From Candidatus Limadaptatus stercoripullorum (GTDB lineage: Bacteria; Bacillota; Clostridia; Christensenellales; CAG-917): a stretch of DNA of 64,000 nt. This document shows positions 16,762-24,900 of this stretch, one piece after another. The position numbers and the translations under genes were made by a program. Where the stretch lies: assembly GCA_018713795.1 (NCBI GenBank), contig DVOE01000010.1, positions 4,014 through 68,013 of the forward strand, given 5' to 3'. Numbering within the stretch: the first letter of the stretch is position 1; every line of letters starts with the position of its first letter. The notes beneath the pieces are model-generated. The model searched no databases and was not told the origin of the DNA. It saw nothing but the letters and a program-made list of their open reading frames with translations.

Positions 16762-16827
16762 TTGGGGACGGGGTCAAATTGGAAGATTTTTTACCAATTT
16801 AACCCCGTCCCCAATTGGAAGATTTTT
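16762..16827. repeat. AT-rich 21-bp-stem inverted repeat plus a 15-nt direct repeat in a convergent intergenic region
   Basis: TTGGGGACGGGGTCAAATTGG (16762-16782) pairs with CCAATTTAACCCCGTCCCCAA (16794-16814), giving 20 of 21 pairs and an 11-nt loop. AATTGGAAGATTTTT occurs twice (16777-16791 and 16813-16827). Confidence 0.7.
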
Positions 16828-16950
16828 GAAAAAGGCAGTGGAGGGTGGGTTTTTGAGGGGGAGAGGAGAGTGAGAAAAAGGCGGTTTTCGGGACGAAAAA
16901 TTTAACCGTCGTTAATCGTTTTTGGGGCGGGAAAGAGCGGCGCGGGCGGG

Positions 16951-17865
16951 TCAGAAGAGCACCCAGTCGCCCGGCGTCATAAAGAGCACGCTGACCAGCG
17001 CGAGGATGACGGCGAGCACGGGGATGTGCAGGATGAAGAACCACAAGGAGTGTTTGCCCACGAAGTTCACGGGGAAATTCCATTTGCCGTCCAGCACGGG
17101 CAGCAGGCTGCGGCGGGAGGCGTAAAGCAGGGGCGCGACCGTGGCGCCGAACATGAACGAGGCGAGGTTGGGGATGACGGTGAAGAGGTCACCGGGGGAG
17201 ATCTCCCAGCCCGCTATGAAGTCGTTCTGGACGCCATGAATGTCGCGGGGCGGGAAGATGATCCCGAGCCATGTCGGGGCGTCGGCGGGCGGCTGATAGA
17301 GGAAATAGAGCAGGCCGACCGTGAGGGCGACGGCGGCGCAGACCGCCGTGCGCAGCGCTTCGCTGCGTTTTGTCAGCGCGTCGATGACGGCGTAGGTCAG
17401 GATGGCGACCGCGTAGAAATGCAGCACGCCGAAGTTGACGATTATGTAGGGCATGGCGAGCGTCTCAGCGAGCACATGTGTGACCAGCGAGTAGACGATC
17501 GCGAGCGCTGCGAGGATGCCTCCGCGCTTGAAGTTGGAGCGCGAGAAGGTGCAGGAGATGCCGGAGACGGAGAAGAAGACGAACACCACGAGCGGATGCA
17601 GCACTTTTCTCGCCGTGCTGTAGTTGAGGAACCATTCGCACCATCTCACGAATCCCGCGCCGGGGGCGTCCGCCGACAGCGACGAGCCGAACCAGGCGGG
17701 GCCGAACACCGTCACGAGCAGCATGACGAGATGGTCGAGGATCATGAGCAGGACGGAAACGCCGCGCAGAAAATCCAGCTCCCACACGCGGGTGCGCGGG
17801 CGCCTCGGGACGAGGATGACCCGGGTGTCCGGGGTCACGAGCGGCGAGATGGTCGAAGAAGTCAT
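16951..17865 (-). CDS. DUF1624 / heparan-alpha-glucosaminide N-acetyltransferase-like transmembrane acyltransferase
   Basis: 304 aa from ATG 17865 (AGGAAGGA upstream). RVWELDFLRGVSVLLMILDHL is the DUF1624 hallmark entry, followed by about 8 TM helices. The upstream part of track ORF 16951-19581 is antisense to the GH20 gene. Confidence 0.7.
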   Translation of the reverse strand: MTSSTISPLVTPDTRVILVPRRPRTRVWELDFLRGVSVLLMILDHLVMLLVTVFGPAWFGSSLSADAPGAGFVRWCEWFLNYSTARKVLHPLVVFVFFSVSGISCTFSRSNFKRGGILAALAIVYSLVTHVLAETLAMPYIIVNFGVLHFYAVAILTYAVIDALTKRSEALRTAVCAAVALTVGLLYFLYQPPADAPTWLGIIFPPRDIHGVQNDFIAGWEISPGDLFTVIPNLASFMFGATVAPLLYASRRSLLPVLDGKWNFPVNFVGKHSLWFFILHIPVLAVILALVSVLFMTPGDWVLF

Positions 17866-18018
17866 ATCCTTCCTGCGCCCGCGCGGGGCGGGCTCGGTAA
17901 TGAGGATACCACACGCGCGCAGGCGTGTCAAACCGCGCCCGCACGCCCGTGCGTATTGACTGCCGCGCGGGGCTTTGGTATAATCACGAGGGGCTTGGTG
18001 CCCCGTGAGGAGGCGAAT

Positions 18019-19563
18019 ATGAACATTATCCCGCGCCCGAGTTCGGTCAAACTCGCAGGTGAAGGCAAATTTTGTTTCGGCAAAAAGACGGAGATAGTCT
18101 GCCCGCTGCCCGCCGCGGCGGCGGTGCTCAAAAAGTGCGCGGAGGCGTCTGCCGCAAACGGCGGCGGAGTGATAACTTTCGTGCCCGAAAAGACGGGATG
18201 CGACTACCGTCTCACCGTCACGGAAGACGGGATGCGCGCCGAGGCGCAGAGCGTGGCGGGATTCATGCACGCGGCGGCGACCGCCGCTCAGCTGGTCACG
18301 GCTTATCCCGATGGCGTGCCCTGCGCGGTCATAGAGGATTCGCCGCGTTTCAAATGCCGCGCGGTGCTGCTCGATGTCTGCCGCCACTTTTACGGCGTGC
18401 CCGTCGTCAAGAAGTTCATCGACGCGATGGCGCTGTTCAAGTTCGATTATCTGCATCTCCACCTCAGCGACGACCAGGGGTTCAGGCTTCAGATAGACGG
18501 TCTGCCGCTGCTCCACGAGATAGGCTCCCGCCGCTCGTCCACCTGCGGCGACGGCAAGGAACACTCGGGCTATTACACCAAAGAACAGGTCGCGGACATA
18601 GTGGCGTACGCGGGTGCGCGCGGCATAGAAGTCATCCCCGAGATAGATGTCCCGGGACATATGGCGGCGGCGATAGCGGCATATCCCGAGCTGTCCTGCT
18701 CGGGCGAGAAGACGGAGGTCGCGACCTGGTTCGGCATACACGACAAAGTGCTCTGCGCGGGCAAGGAAAGCACCTACGATTTCCTTTGGAAGCTGCTTTC
18801 GGAGACGGCGGAGATGTTCCCCTGCAAATACTTCCATCTCGGCGGCGACGAAGTCCCCAAGATCACCTGGGACGAATGCGACCTTTGCAAGGCGACCATG
18901 CGCCGCGAGGGGCTGAAAAACTATGAGCAGCTGCAGGGCTATTTCACAAACAAAGCCGTCAAGATGCTCGAGAAGCTCGGCAAGACGGCGGTGCTTTGGA
19001 ACGAGTCCCTTTACTCGGGGCTGGTCGACAAGAGCGCGGTCATCCAATATTGGGCGCGCGGCGCGCATTCCGAAAGCACGGTGGCGCGTGCGGTCGCCGA
19101 GGACGGCAGGAAGGTCATAGTCAGCCTTTGCAACAACTACTACTTCGACTATCCCAACGGGCTCACGCCGCTCAAAAAGGCGTATTCCTTCGAGCCCGTG
19201 CTCCCCGAGTTCGGCGCGAACGGCGAGGACGGCGTGTTCGGCGTGGAATGCACGCTCTGGACCGAACATATCGCCGATGAGAAAACCCTTTTCGAGCGCA
19301 CCTATCCGCGCGCGGCGGCGGTCGCCGAGAGCGGCTGGAGCGATCCCGCCAAGGATTACGCCGACTTCAAGGCGCGCCTTGCCGCGGTGCTCCCGCTCCT
19401 CGACCTCTTCGACATCCCGCACGCGACCATAAAGGAAAGCGACCCCGGTCCCTTCGCGAGGATCAAACAGCTCGCCGCATGGGGCGCGGTCAATCAGCGC
19501 GGCGCCAACAAGGACTCCGCGCGCAACTGGCGCAGCATCCAGCGCATACCCAAGGACATCTGA
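18019..19563 (+). CDS. Beta-N-acetylhexosaminidase, glycoside hydrolase family 20
   Basis: GAGGAGG RBS precedes ATG 18019. MNIIPRPSSVKL entry, RAVLLDVCRHF, HLHLSDDQGFR, and the catalytic HLGGDEV D-E pair (nt 18841-18852), plus WSD near the C-terminus. No signal peptide. Confidence 0.85.
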   Translation: MNIIPRPSSVKLAGEGKFCFGKKTEIVCPLPAAAAVLKKCAEASAANGGGVITFVPEKTGCDYRLTVTEDGMRAEAQSVAGFMHAAATAAQLVTAYPDGVPCAVIEDSPRFKCRAVLLDVCRHFYGVPVVKKFIDAMALFKFDYLHLHLSDDQGFRLQIDGLPLLHEIGSRRSSTCGDGKEHSGYYTKEQVADIVAYAGARGIEVIPEIDVPGHMAAAIAAYPELSCSGEKTEVATWFGIHDKVLCAGKESTYDFLWKLLSETAEMFPCKYFHLGGDEVPKITWDECDLCKATMRREGLKNYEQLQGYFTNKAVKMLEKLGKTAVLWNESLYSGLVDKSAVIQYWARGAHSESTVARAVAEDGRKVIVSLCNNYYFDYPNGLTPLKKAYSFEPVLPEFGANGEDGVFGVECTLWTEHIADEKTLFERTYPRAAAVAESGWSDPAKDYADFKARLAAVLPLLDLFDIPHATIKESDPGPFARIKQLAAWGAVNQRGANKDSARNWRSIQRIPKDI

Positions 19564-19573
19564 CGGAGGAGAT

Positions 19574-20425
19574 ATGTACACCGAGACATACGCAAATTAC
19601 GGCAAATGCGTCGGATTCGAGCGCGGCGGCACCAAGGTGCTGGTCACTCTCGATCTCGGTCCGCGCATCATATGGTTCGGCACCCCGGACTTCAACTTCC
19701 TCGGCGAGGACAGAGACCGCAATGTGGACAAAGGCGGCGAATACTTCGACGAGAATTTCGGCGCGGGCACCAAGTGGTATCTCTACGGCGGTCACCGCGT
19801 TTGGAAGTCGCCCGAGGACCTCGAGACCTATGTCCCCGACAACGGCGCCGTCGAGGCGGACCTTCGCGAATTCGGCGGCACCTTCACCTGCCGCGCGGCG
19901 AAGAACTTCGACTACACCCTCGACCTCGAGCTCGCTGAGGACGGCAGTCTCACCGTGCGCGACATCGTCACAAACAAGGGCGAGCGCCGCAGGATAGCAG
20001 TCTGGGGGCTCACCGTCATGGCGAAAGGCGGCAGGATGATCCTGCCGACCAACGACAAGGTCGACGATCTGAACCCCGTGCAGAACCTCGTCTTCTGGCC
20101 TTACAACATCCCGGGCGACAGCCGCTTCGAGGCGACGCGCGGACATATCTCGCTCGCATGGGCGAACGACTCCCGCGCGATCAAGATCGGCACCATGGCG
20201 AAGAAAGGCGTGGCTTACTACATCCTCGACGGCAAAGCCATGAAATGGGAGTGCCCCTTTGAGGAGGGAGAGTACGGCGACTTCTCCTGCAACTTCGAAA
20301 GCTACACCAACGACCACATCCTCGAAGTGGAGTGGCTGTCCCCGAAGAGAGAGCTGCTCCCCGGCGAATGCGCGGTGCTCACCGAAAAATGGAGCATGAC
20401 CGCGCCGCCCGAGTTTGCGGAGTAA
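19574..20425 (+). CDS. Hypothetical protein, possibly an aldose-epimerase-like/DUF4380-like beta-sandwich
   Basis: GGAGGAG RBS, 10 nt after the GH20 stop, so probably co-transcribed. The motif YGGHRVWKSPE is reminiscent of DUF4380-type proteins. The assignment is weak. Confidence 0.4.
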   Translation: MYTETYANYGKCVGFERGGTKVLVTLDLGPRIIWFGTPDFNFLGEDRDRNVDKGGEYFDENFGAGTKWYLYGGHRVWKSPEDLETYVPDNGAVEADLREFGGTFTCRAAKNFDYTLDLELAEDGSLTVRDIVTNKGERRRIAVWGLTVMAKGGRMILPTNDKVDDLNPVQNLVFWPYNIPGDSRFEATRGHISLAWANDSRAIKIGTMAKKGVAYYILDGKAMKWECPFEEGEYGDFSCNFESYTNDHILEVEWLSPKRELLPGECAVLTEKWSMTAPPEFAE

Positions 20426-20701
20426 AACACGAAGCGTATTTTAAGTGATCTCACCGTAGATGCGGCGCCCCGAGCGGCGCCGCATCGCGCGGAAGGCGGT
20501 ATCCCCGCCGCAGGGGCGCAAAAGGCGGCTGCACAGGCGGAAGGTGCCTGAAAAGCGCGGAACTCCCCGAAAGGCGGCGAAAGCCGCGGGAGCGGCGCAA
20601 AATACGATAAGTGTGATATATCAAATCATAGCTGCCGCGCAGGACGCGCGGCGAAACACGAACCGTGTTCCGATATGAGGAACCGGGTAGGAGAGGAGAG
20701 T

Positions 20702-21511
20702 ATGGAAAAGTTCGTGCCCGCTTCGGCGGGAGACAAGGATGTGAAGTTTCTTGCCGTGTCCGCCCACAAGGACGACATGGAGATGTTCGCCTTTGACGGC
20801 ATAGTGCGTTCGGCGCGCGGCGAAGGCGGGTTCGTGGGCGTGGTGCTCACCGACGGCGGGGCGTGTCCCCGCGCGCCGCAGTTCGCGGGGGTGTCCGACG
20901 AGGACATGGCGGAGCTCAGGAGCGCCGAGCAAAAGCGCGCCGCCGAGACCGGAGGTTACAACGCGCTGTATCTCTTCGAGGAGAGTTCGGCTGCCGTCAA
21001 GGAACGCAGAGCTTCGCTGGTGGACGGCGTGGAGGCGGTGCTCCGCGAGTATCCCCGCCTTAAAGCGCTCTATCTGCACAATCCTTTTGACCGTCATCCC
21101 ACCCATGTCGGCGCGTTCTGCGTGGCTATGGACGCCGTGAGGAGACTGCCCGAGGACATGTTGCCCGAGAAGATATACGGCTGCGAGGTGTGGCGTGATC
21201 TCGACTGGGTGCCCGACTCCGAGAAAGTGGTGTTCGATGTCAGCGGGAGCGAGGGATTCGCTTCCGATCTCATGGCTTCGTTCGTGACTCAGAACGCCGT
21301 CAAGCGCTACGATATCGCGGCGCTCGCGAGGAGAAAGGCGCACGCCACCTTCGGCAAGAGCCACGAGGGCGACACCGCCACCGCGCTCATCTACGCGGTG
21401 GATCTGACGCCTCTCGCGAGGGGCACGGACGCCGACACCGAGGCATATGTCCGGGATATGCTCCGCCGTTTCGACGAGGATATGCACCGTGAGGTGTGGC
21501 TGAAAAAATAG
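20702..21511 (+). CDS. PIG-L / LmbE-family N-acetylglucosaminyl deacetylase
   Basis: GGAGAGGAG RBS precedes ATG 20702. VSAHKDDMEMF matches the AHPDDE zinc-binding motif of the PIG-L family, and NPFDRHPTHV supplies the second His motif. Confidence 0.75.
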   Translation: MEKFVPASAGDKDVKFLAVSAHKDDMEMFAFDGIVRSARGEGGFVGVVLTDGGACPRAPQFAGVSDEDMAELRSAEQKRAAETGGYNALYLFEESSAAVKERRASLVDGVEAVLREYPRLKALYLHNPFDRHPTHVGAFCVAMDAVRRLPEDMLPEKIYGCEVWRDLDWVPDSEKVVFDVSGSEGFASDLMASFVTQNAVKRYDIAALARRKAHATFGKSHEGDTATALIYAVDLTPLARGTDADTEAYVRDMLRRFDEDMHREVWLKK

Positions 21512-21653
21512 CCGCGGAAAGGAAAAATTTCCCTGCCGCGGAGGGGCGGCGGGCGTTTGCCTTTCGGGAACACTTTTCGCGTATCGCCGCGGCGGCGCGG
21601 AGAGAGGACGAGCCGCCGGCAGCGACATTGGCATTAAGCGATAAAAACGAAAG

Positions 21654-21677
21654 AGCACTCCAAAGGAGTGCTTTTTT
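21654..21677 (+). terminator. Rho-independent terminator upstream of the giant gene
   Basis: AGCACTCC-AAA-GGAGTGCT hairpin followed by TTTTTT. It insulates the glycan cluster from the giant ORF. Confidence 0.7.
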
Positions 21678-21782
21678 GATTGCCGCGAGAGCGACGGATA
21701 TCGGTTTTTACATTTTTCGACGGGCTTCGACCTTTTTCGGAGCGGGCTCGCGCCGCGTTTTGTGAGGCAGTTTTAAGGTGCG

Positions 21783-21798
21783 GTTAATTGTAATTAAC
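21783..21798. promoter_or_regulatory. AT-rich palindrome (candidate operator or UP element) abutting the giant-gene promoter
   Basis: GTTAATT-GT-AATTAAC is a perfect 7-2-7 inverted repeat ending 4 nt before the -35 hexamer. It is an AT island in a GC-rich genome. Confidence 0.4.
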
Positions 21799-21802
21799 GG
21801 TA

Positions 21803-21831
21803 TTGACTACCGGCGCGAGGTAGGGTAAAAT
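21803..21831 (+). promoter_or_regulatory. SigA-type promoter of the giant ORF
   Basis: TTGACT (21803-21808), exactly 17 nt of spacer, TAAAAT (21826-21831). The predicted leader is about 60 nt and ends in AGGAGG (21885-21890), 6 nt before ATG 21897. Confidence 0.55.
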
Positions 21832-21896
21832 CAAACTGTCTATTAGTCTCGTGTGCGTATAGCGTGTACGCATGAGGGGGCTGTAGGAGGGATGTT

Positions 21897-21968
21897 ATGA
21901 GAAAACTGAAGATCGCTTTGCTCATCGCACTGATATTGTGCCTTGTTTGCGGCGTGCTGGTCGCTTGT
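21897..21968 (+). other. Lipoprotein signal peptide (SPase II) of the giant protein
   Basis: MRKLKIALLIALILCLVCGVLVA-C: a basic n-region, a hydrophobic h-region and lipobox L-V-A-C with Cys24. A Pro/Gly/Asp-rich tether follows (DPIGKDPGAPDTPGGPGDPEVPDSG). Confidence 0.8.
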
Positions 21969-24900
21969 GATCCGATCGGCAAAGATCCGGGCGCTCCGGA
22001 CACGCCGGGCGGCCCCGGAGATCCGGAGGTCCCGGACAGCGGCATAAGATCGGTTTCCAGTTCGCAGGCGTACGCCGCTTTCAAGGAAGCGGCGCTGAAT
22101 GTCTACGCCGGCAACTATTACAATTTCAGCACCACCATAGGGCTCGACTACATAAAGGACAAGTACGGTCGCTATTTTGCCGTCAAGATACAGGCGGCGA
22201 TCGACCCCGAGGAAGACGCAAACTCGGAGATGCTTGTCGAACTTTGGCGTATGAACGAAGCCGGAGGCGAGGAAACCCTCCTCCTCGGTCTCTACTACTT
22301 CGACGGCACCATCGTTTATGACTGCACCGGCATCAAAAAAGGCGCTCAGGTCGTCAAGACCGAAGACCTCGACATCACCGCCATCGCAAAAGCCGTGGAC
22401 AAGGCTCTCGGCGGCACCAGCGTCGGGCAGCTGCTCCTCGACAATCTTCTCGGCATAGAGCTCGGCGACCTCGGGTCGGTCGAGCGCATCCTTACGGCGC
22501 TCTTCGCGCCCACTTCGCGCGCGGTAGTCGCGGCGGACGGCACCGTCGAATATCAGATCCCCATCAACCTCGCGAGCGTGCTCGGACTGGTCGGCGGTCT
22601 CATCGCCCCCGACGGCCTGCTCGGCGATTACAGCGATCTCATCCTCACCATAGGCAATGTCCTGGGCATCGACCTCGGCAAACTCAGCGACCTCGACACC
22701 ACTTCGACGGCGATCTACCTCGTCGCGACCGTGGGCAAGGACGCGCAGGGTCAGCCCCTGCTCGTGAGCGGTCCCGTCCTCGAAGTGGGCATGGACTTCA
22801 ACACTTCGGGCGGCGCCGGTTCGGAGATCATGGAGAGCGAACTCGATGTCTCCGTCGGTATTACCGAGATACAGGCAGGCACGGCTCCCGTGCTCAATCT
22901 CGAGACCTATCTCGTCTCCGAGCGCGGTTACGACCTCGATGAGCTCACCGAGTACTCTCCGCTCACCCTCGAGCTTTCTCTCGACCTCGACCTCGATCTC
23001 AAGGAGCACTCCTTTGAGATCCAGACCATACTCGGCGCGCTGGGCGGGCTGCTCGGGGATGTCTCCGTGCCCGAAGCGCTCAAGACCCTCAACATCGACA
23101 TAGCCGAAGACACTTCTCTCACGCTCGGGATCAAGATCTCGGCGGAGATAAACATGCGCGATCCCGCGGGCACCAACGCCGTCATCGACATAACCGGCAC
23201 GGACGGCGCGCTGCGCGGCAGAGTGGCGTACATAGGCGCCGAGAGGTCGCTTTACGCCGATCTCACCGGCATCCTCGGCAGGAATGCCAAAGTCAAGATC
23301 ACGGACTTCGATCTCAACGCGTTCCTCTCCGAGCAGATCGACTCCCTGCTCGTCACAATAAACGAGGCTCTTGCGGGGCTGACGGGTGACGATCAGGCAG
23401 CTTCTCAGGCGGAATACGACGCCGCCAAGGCGCTCGTCGACGAGGGCGAGATCGTCAAGCATTATGTCGCCTCTTCGAGCGACGACGAGCCCGCCACTCT
23501 CGACACCATAGGGCTCATCATGGCGATCCTCGAGAACATCGATGTCGACATGAACGGCGATATCTTCAACATCGAAGGCATCGGCGTGACCCTCACCAAG
23601 CAGATCATCAACAGCATAGTCAACCTCATCTCGCCGGGCGCGACGCTGCCTCTCATGGGCGATGTCGCTCTGAATTACAGCAATCCCGGCTTCGGCGAGA
23701 CCAAGGAGCTCACCATAAGCGGGCTCGCGATAGGCGTGGACGACGGCAGCGGCACGGGCGCGATCAAGACGCTTGCCGAGGTGGGTCTCGGCATAGGCAT
23801 CAGGCTCGGCACCTTCGCCGACGACGCGGGCTTCCGCGCGGCGATAGAGGATATCGCCACGGCGGACGCCAACCACGAGTACGCCGCGCTCCTCACATTC
23901 GATCAGCTGCTCGACACCGATTCCATAGTCATCGGCGACATACTCGCTAATGTGGGCACGGTGAGCGTGGATCTCTCGCTCGGCATCGACATTGACGCCA
24001 TAGGCGGCGAGTTCCTCGACTTCACTTACGGCAATTCCGACTTCCTCATCGCGGTGCTCGCGGCATTCGCGGAGGAGGGTCTGGATGTCGGCGCGACGCT
24101 CAAACTCTCCGCCGATGTCGACCTTGCGGCGCTGCTCACCACCGACGCCACGGGGGCTCTCGCCCTCAACGCGGCGGGACTGCTCACGGGCGCCAATCTC
24201 TACCTCGCTCTCATAGGCGGGGACGGCACCGCAGCCCTCGAAGTGTGGCTGAACGGCGGTGTGGCGTATCTGCATACGACTCTGCTCGGCGGCTTTGACA
24301 TCAAGGTCGACATAGGGCAGTTCTTCTCGGCGTCGGGTCAGTCGGAGGCTTCCGCGCTCGCCGCGGCGAACGAAGGAGAAGAGTCCGGCTTCGACATCGC
24401 ATCCATTCTCGCGCTGCTCGGCGGCGTGGGCGTCGGCGACACCTACATAGATGTCTACCTCGCGGCGTTCACCCTCTCCGAACTGTTCGAGACGCTGGGC
24501 GTCAGCCTGGGCGATGTCGGCATCTCGCTCATAGATCCCGACGGTGAGGAATCCTCCATCACGGGCGGCGTCAAGATCGAACTCGGCGACGGGCTCAATC
24601 TCGGCGAGGCGGGCATATCCGTCTATCTCGGTCTGGGCGAAGGCGCGGATATCGAGCTCAGTCTCGGCGGTTTCGGCGCGGGCATCGGCAGCAACGCCGG
24701 CGCGATCATCCCCGAGGACCGCAAGGCGGACTTCGTGGACATCCTCTCCGAACCTTATCTCTACCTGCACCTCAACGCGGGTCTCGAAGCGTCGATCAAG
24801 CAGCAGGGCATCTCGCTCGGCGAGGAGCTCGGTGACATCGTCATCGGCAGCGACATCGACATAGACTACTCATTTGACATCGAAGCGTTCGTCGATCTCA

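Noticed and set aside
17026-19581. N-terminal extensions of track ORFs 17026-19563 (+) and 16951-19581 (-)
   Set aside because: Each long ORF is a real gene fused to the antisense shadow of its convergent or divergent neighbour. The real genes are GH20 from ATG 18019 and DUF1624 from ATG 17865. Both real starts have AGGAGG-like RBSs and family-typical N-termini.
20459-20486. 10-bp GC hairpin (GATGCGGCGC...GCGCCGCATC) after the gene ending at 20425
   Set aside because: No U-tract follows it, so it is not a convincing intrinsic terminator. I recognised no riboswitch-like conserved core in the 275-nt spacer. It is left unannotated.
20460-21765. Small intergenic ORFs 20460-20678 and 21496-21765
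   Set aside because: Their translations are Arg/Ala/Pro-rich, they have no RBS, and they overlap terminator or promoter elements. They are most likely non-coding.
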